Source: Escherichia coli (lineage in GTDB: Bacteria; Pseudomonadota; Gammaproteobacteria; Enterobacterales; Enterobacteriaceae). Taken from it: a stretch of 64,000 nucleotides of DNA. Both the position numbers and the translations under genes were made by a program. This document shows positions 1 to 7,092 of this stretch, piece after piece (within the stretch, counting starts at the first letter, position 1; each line of letters opens with the position of its first letter). The DNA lies in the NCBI RefSeq assembly GCF_030013595.1, contig NZ_CP122768.1. One strand, 5' to 3'. The notes below the pieces were generated by a model that saw nothing but the letters and a program-made list of their open reading frames with translations, had not been told where the DNA came from and did no database searches.

Positions 1-1
1 A

Positions 2-232
2 GCGGCGGCAAAGTGGCAGCAGCTACAACGCGGAGCCGCAGCGTTCTCCATCACATTGGCACGTGGACGCGCAGAACTCTACCCCGAAATGCATGGCACG
101 GTAACAGGCTTTAAAAGCGAGATTGATAATCAGGACTGGATTATTGCGAAAGCCGAGCACACCATTGATAACAGCGGCTTTACCACGCAGCTTGAGCTTG
201 AGGCAAAAATCCCGGAATGGATAGCAGAATGA
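2..232 (+). CDS. Phage tail protein D (P2 gpD / late control D family), C-terminal 76 codons; 5' end lies outside the window
   Basis: Frame 2 is open from the window edge to TGA at 230-232. The translation ...KWQQLQRGAAAFSITLARGRAELYPEMHGTVTGFKSEIDNQDWIIAKAEHTIDNSGFTTQLELEAKIPEWIAE resembles the gpD C-terminus as I remember it. ogr lies downstream on the same strand, as in P2. Confidence 0.75.
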   Translation, partial: AAAKWQQLQRGAAAFSITLARGRAELYPEMHGTVTGFKSEIDNQDWIIAKAEHTIDNSGFTTQLELEAKIPEWIAE

Positions 233-396
233 GACTCTTAAATGTATTAGTCCAGACACGTACTAGCGGGCTAAACGGCACAGTCTTATCTGACCATCTG
301 CCCCTGACACAGAGCAGACGGTCCTTGATCTTACCCACTAATAATGGACGCGCGACTAATATAATTTATTGCTTTTTATTTATACCTCACTGAGAT

Positions 397-1032
397 TTAG
401 CGAGCTAATATATTCAAAGAATTTAACAATTGAGTGTCGAGTGTTTCAGTTGCAGGAATCGGTAATCCATTCGCAATGCGGTAATTTTTCACAGACAGCC
501 TTGTGGATGGCCCCATTATGCCGTCAATATTTCCGTTATAAAATCCCCTGTCCAGCAATGCGAACTGAACTCGCATAATCAATCGCTTACGTTTCTCTGC
601 ATCAGAAGCAAGCCCATTACTCGTACGGTTAACCTCTGAAGTTCCAACAGAACTCGTGTTAGTGGTTCTATTATTATCGTTAGAACGAAGTGCACGCACC
701 GAGGAAGAGGACGATGAGGAACTTGCACCTGAACTTGAAGAACCAGATGAACTTGGTGAGCTGTATGTTTTTGGATAATAGGGGGTACTTCCACCATAGT
801 ATCCACCACCTGATGAGGATCTATGAGAGCTATGGCTCCTATGAGAACTATGGCTTCGATGCCCTGCGATATAAAATGGGACTTCCGTGTTAAGTGGAGC
901 TATCACTAAATCATGCTCATTAAGAGTCATACCAGGTAAATCACTCGCTCCTGTAGATGAATCGCTTGCCCATACAGAATTGTTGAGAGCCAAAAATCCC
1001 GGAAGTAGAGCAGCAAAATTAAACTTTTTCAT
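397..1032 (-). CDS. hxsA: HxsA-like His-Xaa-Ser repeat protein: signal peptide, 5 HxS repeats, Ser/Gly/Tyr-rich linker, C-terminal peptidoglycan-binding domain (211 aa)
   Basis: Start ATG at 1032 overlaps the hxsC stop (ATGA). N-terminus MKKFNFAALLPGFLALNNSVWA-SD looks like a Sec signal peptide. HRSHSSHRSHSSHRS is encoded at 817-861. The C-terminal LIMRVQFALLDRGFYNGNIDGIMGPSTRLSVKNYRIANGLP looks like PG_binding_1. Confidence 0.75.
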   Translation of the reverse strand: MKKFNFAALLPGFLALNNSVWASDSSTGASDLPGMTLNEHDLVIAPLNTEVPFYIAGHRSHSSHRSHSSHRSSSGGGYYGGSTPYYPKTYSSPSSSGSSSSGASSSSSSSSVRALRSNDNNRTTNTSSVGTSEVNRTSNGLASDAEKRKRLIMRVQFALLDRGFYNGNIDGIMGPSTRLSVKNYRIANGLPIPATETLDTQLLNSLNILAR

Positions 1033-2141
1033 AAAATTGGTCTCGGTGATTGATGAAAACGGCCTTTTGAGGAACTGAAATAGCCAGCACAGGAAGGCTT
1101 CTGAGTACATTCATCACATTCTTTTGGATAGTAATTTTTCCAATCAGAGATCGACTGAACAGCAAGCTCCCTAGCCCTTTCAGGAAGATAACACAAAGGA
1201 TAATTAAAAATTGTCAGAGGTATGCCTGACCTGTATGCAGCGTCTATGGCAGAGATTATTTTCTCACTATAACTACTGTGATCAATGAAGATGGTGGACC
1301 AGTTTTTTCGTGCCCAACCGATAGGCTCCAACCCCATAAGGGAAATCTGATTGATGTTGGAGAACACACGGCCAGCGAATTCTACGATATCATCCAATTC
1401 GGTATAGTTAGCCAGTGTAGGAATAACTCTAAGTTCGATATTAATCCCCAAGTTTCCTGCATTGATTAACCCTTTAACCGTTTCATTAAATGCGCCATCA
1501 CTCCCTACCAGATGATCATGCACAAGTGGTCTTGATGAGTAGAGCGGGATACCAAAGGTGATTTTGATCTTTTTGCTTCGCTTTGCCATTTCCTGTGTAA
1601 AGTTGGTATCAGCAAATTTGCGTCCGTTTGTTAAAACATGTAAAGCAGTATCTGGTGAATTCTCGATGATAAAATCAATGAAGTGAAGGAAGTCATCCCC
1701 ATATAGCAAAGGTTCACCACCGCTGACCCCAACAACTCCGTTCAAGCCAAATGAAGCTATAGCAAGAGCTGATTGGGTAAGTAGCCAGTCATCATTTATT
1801 TTCTTTGGTGGCTGCGAACAAAACAGACACAAGTTATTGCAGCGTTCCGTAACTAAGACAGTATTATGATTGGCTTTGCGTGACAGAATAACGCGTATCA
1901 TATTGCCATTGTTGATTATCCCAATATCTCCATCTTCAATTGACTCAAATAATTCAGTGCTAATAACAGAGAAATCAAAGCATGGTGGAATGGCATCATT
2001 ATTGCCTTCAGCAACTACTAGCAAATTGGGCAAAAAGAATAAAGGGTTCACTGGTTTTTGTTTGCATAACCGATAGAACCCCGTGGGCACGTTCTCTGTA
2101 GAAGCAAAATGAAAGATATCGTTCCTGATAACCTCAGACAT
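1029..2141 (-). CDS. hxsC: HxsC-like radical SAM maturase (370 aa)
   Basis: CX3CX2C motif CNNLCLFC. Second radical-SAM enzyme in a four-gene hxs-type operon. Overlaps hxsB by 8 nt and hxsA by 4 nt. Confidence 0.8.
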   Translation of the reverse strand: MSEVIRNDIFHFASTENVPTGFYRLCKQKPVNPLFFLPNLLVVAEGNNDAIPPCFDFSVISTELFESIEDGDIGIINNGNMIRVILSRKANHNTVLVTERCNNLCLFCSQPPKKINDDWLLTQSALAIASFGLNGVVGVSGGEPLLYGDDFLHFIDFIIENSPDTALHVLTNGRKFADTNFTQEMAKRSKKIKITFGIPLYSSRPLVHDHLVGSDGAFNETVKGLINAGNLGINIELRVIPTLANYTELDDIVEFAGRVFSNINQISLMGLEPIGWARKNWSTIFIDHSSYSEKIISAIDAAYRSGIPLTIFNYPLCYLPERARELAVQSISDWKNYYPKECDECTQKPSCAGYFSSSKGRFHQSPRPIL

Positions 2142-3522
2142 ATGCCCATCCTTTTAGCATCTCAGCCTTCGAACCACCCTCTGAGATGCAGTTCATCAGA
2201 TACCTGAACATCCCCTTGTGATATTGACAAAACGTTGAACGACTCCTATCACCGACAGGCTCACCCTGTACACTTATGTTCTGGCATGGATCTGAACCAC
2301 AAAATGGTTGATATGCACATGTATCACAACCTGGCAGAGCAAAATTGAACGATGAACTCAATACTGCGTTATAGTAAGGACTATCAGAAAATGATAGCGT
2401 CTTAACTTCACCCGCACTGAACTCCGTTTCAGGATTCACCTTCTGCAACATACGGCTCTCATCGCTACCATATACTCGACCGTCATAATTGAAAAGAATA
2501 CTGTTAAGCACGACTCCACTTGGAGACTTTAAATCCGCATAACCACTAAAACCGGGATTGAAGATCCTTTTCAGATGAATGGAGGCCGAATGTTCCACAA
2601 CCCTTATCCCTTCATTATTAATCTTAAGGATTTCATCTATCAACGAGGCATAGAAGCTGAAGTATTCGTCCATAGAAAAGGTGAAAGAAGCTTTTTGTGC
2701 AAACCCATAGGGACTAACAGGTCGGATAAACATGTCCTTGAGACCAAGAGACAAGTGAGCCTGAACAATCGATTCAGGACGTCTGATAAGCTCTTTAGTA
2801 ACTGTAGTAACCGTTGCAACGCGGCCAGCACCTAAAGAGTGTTTGATAGCCTCTACCCCTGACACTGTTCTACTGTACGCAAGCCCACGACCAAGAATTC
2901 GATTACTGTTGTGAACAACTTCCTCACCATCAAGCGACACAGAGAACGTTATGTTCCGGTCTCTCGACCATTCAATCATATCCTCATTCAAGACAGACAG
3001 ACTTGATGCCACCACCATCTCAAAATTGGTTCTTCCCAGCGTTTCAGCACATTGATCATAGATGCTCTGAATTAAATCAAACCGCAAGAGAGGCTCCCCA
3101 CCCTGTATCTCTATTTTGTAAGGTGGCGTTGATAGTTTTTTAATAGCCGAAATAATATCGGGGATGAGCTCAGGATTTAGGTCGTAACCTGAGGCATTAA
3201 CAGAAGCTCTACTAACCTGGCAATACTTGCATGTATGGTCACAACGTAATGTGGGTACAATCATGAAAATTGGCCTGACAGCCAGTTCATTCATCAATCG
3301 TTTTGCAAAAGCAGAACTTAAAGCATAGGGAGTTATAGCAGATGAGCTTTCACTGGTTATGAAAAGCTTACTTTCTAGCACGTTTGATTGCTCCGAACTA
3401 ATTCGCTCATCAGAAAGATCAATAAGGTCTTGCTCACCAATGAAATGATGAAAACCTGCAAGGTTGCTTATAAACACCTGTCCATTAGGCAATCTGTCAA
3501 AATTAAATGGCATCAATTCCAT
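2134..3522 (-). CDS. hxsB: HxsB-like radical SAM / SPASM-domain maturase (462 aa)
   Basis: CX3CX2C motif CDHTCKYC. C-terminal Cys cluster PGCDTCAYQPFCGSDPCQN...FCQYH is typical of SPASM/twitch auxiliary-cluster domains. Its start overlaps the hxsD stop (TAATG). Confidence 0.8.
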   Translation of the reverse strand: MELMPFNFDRLPNGQVFISNLAGFHHFIGEQDLIDLSDERISSEQSNVLESKLFITSESSSAITPYALSSAFAKRLMNELAVRPIFMIVPTLRCDHTCKYCQVSRASVNASGYDLNPELIPDIISAIKKLSTPPYKIEIQGGEPLLRFDLIQSIYDQCAETLGRTNFEMVVASSLSVLNEDMIEWSRDRNITFSVSLDGEEVVHNSNRILGRGLAYSRTVSGVEAIKHSLGAGRVATVTTVTKELIRRPESIVQAHLSLGLKDMFIRPVSPYGFAQKASFTFSMDEYFSFYASLIDEILKINNEGIRVVEHSASIHLKRIFNPGFSGYADLKSPSGVVLNSILFNYDGRVYGSDESRMLQKVNPETEFSAGEVKTLSFSDSPYYNAVLSSSFNFALPGCDTCAYQPFCGSDPCQNISVQGEPVGDRSRSTFCQYHKGMFRYLMNCISEGGSKAEMLKGWAYV

Positions 3523-3836
3523 TATGAAAGCCTCTCATCAACACTGCGAAGCACTTTATGGACAATAGAGTCTCTCAACGCCCCTGTTTTATGCTGTAGC
3601 TTTTCTCGCAAAGAGTAATCATTAAGCAGCCTATCGAATTCATAAAGGAATTTGGGATTATCGTTTTCAAAAGAGATTATCCAGTGGGAAACGTCTTCAT
3701 GGAGTTTCCATCGAGTAAGCGGAGTCATCCAATATAGACTATTGCGTATAACCCATTCAGAATATAGTTCTTTCTCAAACACTCTTTCGCTCATTGCAAT
3801 TATCTTCCAATACAAATATTCATGATCAGCAACCAC
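3522..3836 (-). CDS. hxsD: HxsD-like protein (LLNDYxLRE family), 104 aa from GTG 3836 (alternative ATG at 3794)
   Basis: Contains FDRLLNDYSLREKL, which matches the LLNDYxLRE signature that names the HxsD family (TIGRFAMs, from memory). First gene of the operon. AGGAAAAA lies 11 nt upstream of the GTG. Confidence 0.75.
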   Translation of the reverse strand: MVADHEYLYWKIIAMSERVFEKELYSEWVIRNSLYWMTPLTRWKLHEDVSHWIISFENDNPKFLYEFDRLLNDYSLREKLQHKTGALRDSIVHKVLRSVDERLS

Positions 3837-3866
3837 TTTAAAGCGGATTTTTCCTATGGCAACAAT

Positions 3867-3892
3867 AATATAACATATCCATAGATATGTTA
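3867..3892 (-). promoter_or_regulatory. Candidate hxs promoter (-10 TATATT at 3867-3872) with a 9+9 bp perfect palindrome TAACATATC-cata-GATATGTTA (3871-3892) in the spacer
   Basis: Read directly from the hxsD-ogr intergenic region. The palindrome position is operator-like. The -35 element is weak. Confidence 0.35.
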
Positions 3893-4046
3893 CAGATGCC
3901 TTGTTTCCCGTTGACTAATACATCACAACGTTAGTAATGGCTATCACAATTGTGAACTTCCACTTTTCACACAAGACAAGCTGTTAATTGGAATCTGTAT
4001 CAGTACAACTTAGAATATCGGAAGCACCACAGTAAGGGAGGTCGCT

Positions 4047-4307
4047 ATGTTCCGTTGTCCGCTTTGTGGCGCATCCGCCCGAATCCGCACCAGTCGTCCG
4101 GAAAATGATTCAAACACCGTGCGGCAAAAGTATTACCAATGTAACAACCTAGAATGCGGCGTATGCTTCTCAACACTGGAAGCTTTCCATAAATTCACAT
4201 CAAAACACGCCTCCGGCGCTCACTCTTCAGAAGGTATCCCGTGGCATGAACTGCCAGCTTCACACAAAGGAAACAATCAGATGAGTTTGCCCTTACCTCA
4301 AAATTAA
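4047..4307 (+). CDS. ogr: Ogr/Delta-family zinc-finger late transcription activator (86 aa)
   Basis: MFRCPLCGASARIRTSR...YYQCNNLECG gives the CX2C-N22-CX4C Ogr zinc motif. Strong RBS AAGGGAGG. Lies downstream of gpD as in P2. Confidence 0.8.
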   Translation: MFRCPLCGASARIRTSRPENDSNTVRQKYYQCNNLECGVCFSTLEAFHKFTSKHASGAHSSEGIPWHELPASHKGNNQMSLPLPQN

Positions 4308-4497
4308 CAGGCAGAATTGCCGGAGTAACAAAAAAGAGATAGATTACGCGCGGGTGCCTTTCGGCTGATGGTCGGAGGGAATACCCGAAGGCCAGATGTG
4401 GAAAGGCCCCGGAAAACATTTCTGTTTAACCGAGGCCCTAACCGCATTACCTTGACAAGTGAAAGGTTAGCGCCTCTCCGGAAAAGGAGCAAGTGCT

Positions 4498-4638
4498 ATG
4501 TCGCAAAAATCGCTTACGGCCATCATGTTCTGCGTGACGGCAATCCTCATCATCTGGATGTTGCACGGTTCGCTGTGCGAAATACGGATGAGATTCTGGG
4601 GAGCGGAGTTTGCGGCGTTCTTACAGTGTAAGCAGTAA
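4498..4638 (+). CDS. hok: Hok/Gef-family type I toxin (46 aa)
   Basis: MSQKSLTAIMFCVTAILIIWMLHGSLCEIRMRFWGAEFAAFLQCKQ has one TM helix plus the Hok-family SLCEIR motif. AAGGAG RBS. Too short for the ORF track. The overlapping 87-aa frame 4368-4631 is positioned like mok. A GACGGGGGA-gcaa-TCCCCCGTC hairpin follows at about 4650-4671. Confidence 0.75.
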   Translation: MSQKSLTAIMFCVTAILIIWMLHGSLCEIRMRFWGAEFAAFLQCKQ

Positions 4639-4726
4639 GGAAACCGCGACGGGGGAGCAATCCCCCGTCAATCGGTTGCCAGGGTAAGGTCGATAAGGCA
4701 CCCTATCTCACAGACATGAACAACAA

Positions 4727-4759
4727 ACCCGCAACGTAAAAACTGCGGGTTTTCTTTTT
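4727..4759 (+). terminator. Rho-independent terminator closing the ogr/hok side
   Basis: Stem ACCCGCA/TGCGGGT followed by TTTTCTTTTT. Confidence 0.6.
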
Positions 4760-4901
4760 GGTGTCCTTACTGACTTGAAACGGTGATCAGACTATAAGAC
4801 AAAGCCCACAATGTAGCGGGCTTACTCCCCTCTCCCTCCACTGAATGTGGACACATGGTGGAACGAAGATATATAAAACATTATAAATCAATCGGTTACT
4901 G

Positions 4902-4928
4902 AAAGAAAAAAGGCCGCAGAGCGGCCTT
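4902..4928 (-). terminator. Rho-independent terminator downstream of the 4949-5164 gene
   Basis: Stem AGGCCGC-aga-GCGGCCT followed by a T-run on the minus strand (A-run 4904-4910 on plus). Confidence 0.7.
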
Positions 4929-4948
4929 TATGGTTTATTGACAATTGA

Positions 4949-5164
4949 TTAAGACGTGTGGCACTTATTGGCACACCAATAGCAACCATTCACCCGGGAA
5001 TATCCTTTGGCCTTTGCCTCTGTTACCGCCGAAGAACAATCACTATAGTAACCAAGGTAATCGCGGTTAGCTACAGCAGGAAGATATGAACATTCCTCAG
5101 CATGCACCTCATGATCGCCATTGCTCTGAGCATTTTTGTTCACGTAATAGTGTTTAAAAACCAT
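4949..5164 (-). CDS. Small Cys/His-rich protein of unknown function (71 aa); self-contained cargo gene (moron)
   Basis: MVFKHYYVNKNAQSNGDHEVHAEECSY...NGCYWCANKCHTS. Has its own RBS GGAG, an upstream TTGAAA-17-TGTAAT promoter-like sequence and its own terminator. Confidence 0.55.
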   Translation of the reverse strand: MVFKHYYVNKNAQSNGDHEVHAEECSYLPAVANRDYLGYYSDCSSAVTEAKAKGYSRVNGCYWCANKCHTS

Positions 5165-5287
5165 TGTATAACTCCATGTTGACGCTGATATTCAGCATTA
5201 ACATGCTATATCACCAATTACACAAACATAAGCTTGTTATTTCAATTAGTTGATAACGATCACCACTGAACTTTGGCCTTGCGAAAT

Positions 5288-5497
5288 TCAAATGTTTTTC
5301 TGACTATTATTGGGCCGATAAACAGATATTATTTGAGCGTTTTGGTTCATTACATAAGCAATATCTCCATCTTTCAGAATGACTTTCCCATCCTTTCCCG
5401 ATACGGCAATACTCCGCTGCTCAGGATGATAGCCAATGCTACGCCCGCAATGGATCTCTTCCCCACCATTTTGAGACATGACTTTTACAGTTAACAT
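5288..5497 (-). CDS. Hypothetical small protein (69 aa; start uncertain)
   Basis: ORF only; I recognise no motif. Confidence 0.3.
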   Translation of the reverse strand: MLTVKVMSQNGGEEIHCGRSIGYHPEQRSIAVSGKDGKVILKDGDIAYVMNQNAQIISVYRPNNSQKNI

Positions 5498-5584
5498 TTT
5501 TCTGCTCCTATTTAGATGCCCTTTCCATCCGGGCCACTGTTCAAAGTAAATTTAGATTCAACAATATTCTGCTCTTACAGGCGA

Positions 5585-5767
5585 TCAGTTCTGCATACAC
5601 TGCCGAACACCGTCGACAATTTCACAGACCTGAGAAGCTGTATCGAAAAGCTGGCGCGCCTTATCCAGGCTGACGCATCCCACCAGGAAAAAAGGCACCA
5701 GTATCGCTACCAGTGCCCATTTCGCCGCCGTTCGCGGCATTCTGTGTGTCCAGTGTTTTCGCTTCAT
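5585..5767 (-). CDS. Putative small lipoprotein (60 aa)
   Basis: MKRKHWTHRMPRTAAKWALVAILVPFFLVGC has a lipobox (LVGC) after a hydrophobic stretch. Confidence 0.4.
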   Translation of the reverse strand: MKRKHWTHRMPRTAAKWALVAILVPFFLVGCVSLDKARQLFDTASQVCEIVDGVRQCMQN

Positions 5768-5771
5768 CTCA

Positions 5772-5906
5772 CTATCCACCAATCAATCCGGATAAGCTCA
5801 ATACTCGCCAGGCGGTGGAAATGAAAATGGCAACCAACATTGCTGAAAATGAAAGGCCAACAACCACACAGAGAATTCGCGCCAGTTTTATAATGCTATC
5901 TGACAT
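5772..5906 (-). CDS. Putative single-TM peptide (44 aa)
   Basis: MSDSIIKLARILCVVVGLSFSAMLVAIFISTAW... Start chosen at an internal ATG. Weak call. Confidence 0.25.
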   Translation of the reverse strand: MSDSIIKLARILCVVVGLSFSAMLVAIFISTAWRVLSLSGLIGG

Positions 5907-5923
5907 ATTTACCCCTGCCCCAC

Positions 5924-6106
5924 TTACGATTTCACAGCAATGAGCAATTTTGCCATCCCATACAGCATCGGAGACACAGCGATACCGACCGCCACCCACT
6001 TAATGGCAAAAGCCACCGCTCTGCTGATGTCATCAGTTACAGGCGCTTTCAATTCAAGGCCGTTTTTCATAGTCAACCTCAACAGAATTAGTTTATACTT
6101 CCTCAT
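5924..6106 (-). CDS. Putative small membrane protein (60 aa)
   Basis: C-terminal hydrophobic segment AFAIKWVAVGIAVSPMLYGMAKLLIAV. Start uncertain (6127, 6106 or 6070). Confidence 0.25.
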   Translation of the reverse strand: MRKYKLILLRLTMKNGLELKAPVTDDISRAVAFAIKWVAVGIAVSPMLYGMAKLLIAVKS

Positions 6107-6138
6107 GTTCTCCTTTGCCTTACCCAAGGCCAGAAACA

Positions 6139-6173
6139 GAAAACCCCGGACTGTTACCGCAGCCGGGGTTTTT
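6139..6173. terminator. Bidirectional hairpin terminator immediately downstream of the endolysin gene
   Basis: AAAA-CCCCGG-N13-CCGGGG-TTTTT, with T-runs on both strands. Confidence 0.6.
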
Positions 6174-6266
6174 GCTATCTGATGCTATGCCCCTTACTTT
6201 CGCTCATCGTAGCCCCAGAAAAGAGCCTGCATGAGTTGAGGGTGTTCAGCACTTCAGTGTCAGTTT

Positions 6267-6812
6267 TTAAACCACCACGCGCTCTTTCATCCAGCCATAG
6301 ACAAACGACTCATTGGCCTCGCGTTTCTCTGCCAGCTCCAGATAACGCTCGCCCTGCGTACAGTTCAGGGCTTTCACCAGTACCAGTTCACCATCCCTGC
6401 TGCGATTTTTCAGATATGCCCGTAATGCATTAAGAGTACGCGGCCCGATGCGTCCATCAGCATCCATATCCGGATAGAGTTTCCCGCGCAGGTTGAAAAC
6501 GTTCAGCCAGCGCTGAAGCATTCTGGACGCCACAGTTGGCCCCATGTTCACGCCCGTATCGCACAACTCTGCGGCAATATCCGGAGACAGGTCCTCAACC
6601 TGGTCGAATCGTGGTCCGTACCAGTAGTCCGCCTCGAGTATTTCCAGCGCCTGCCCACGCGTCAGGTCACGCATATCGCCCTGATAACCGTGTGCACGGG
6701 CAACTTTTTCAGTGATGCCCCATTTAGTCGGACCACCTTTATCATCCGGGTGATTGACGTAACCGCCCTCTTTTCCCAGAATTTCGTCAAAAATTTCATC
6801 TTTCGACTTCAT
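6267..6812 (-). CDS. Endolysin, glycoside hydrolase family 108 N-terminal domain plus PG_binding_3-like C-terminal domain (181 aa)
   Basis: MKSKDEIFDEILGKEGGYVNHPDDKGGPTKWGIT is the GH108 signature as I remember it. Follows two holin-like genes. Confidence 0.8.
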   Translation of the reverse strand: MKSKDEIFDEILGKEGGYVNHPDDKGGPTKWGITEKVARAHGYQGDMRDLTRGQALEILEADYWYGPRFDQVEDLSPDIAAELCDTGVNMGPTVASRMLQRWLNVFNLRGKLYPDMDADGRIGPRTLNALRAYLKNRSRDGELVLVKALNCTQGERYLELAEKREANESFVYGWMKERVVV

Positions 6813-6813
6813 A

Positions 6814-7092
6814 TCAGCGCCTTCGTAATACAAGGATTTTTGATACGTTCCCGCGTGCTCGTATCACCAGCACGCAGAACACCAGGTTAATCAGGACGAC
6901 CAGCCAGTTACCGGGAGGAAAGCGACCACACAGATAACAAAGCGGCGCAAAGGCATAAAGCAGCATCAGCAGCCAGGCCAGCCACGACATCAGCGGTTTA
7001 TGTCTCGACTCACCACGACGATAAAAAAAGAGCGTCAGCACGATAACCGTGCTTAACACCACATTCAGTAATCCGGGAAGGTTACTTAACAT
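6814..7092 (-). CDS. Holin-like small membrane protein (92 aa)
   Basis: Three hydrophobic segments and a basic C-terminus (KILVLRRR). Lies in the lysis cassette immediately upstream of the endolysin. Confidence 0.6.
   Translation of the reverse strand: MLSNLPGLLNVVLSTVIVLTLFFYRRGESRHKPLMSWLAWLLMLLYAFAPLCYLCGRFPPGNWLVVLINLVFCVLVIRARGNVSKILVLRRR

Noticed and set aside
4368-4631. 87-aa ORF as an independent protein-coding gene
   Set aside because: It is basic and low-complexity, and it overlaps the hok-like ORF out of frame exactly as mok does. I treat it as the mok-type leader frame of the type I toxin locus rather than as a separate product.
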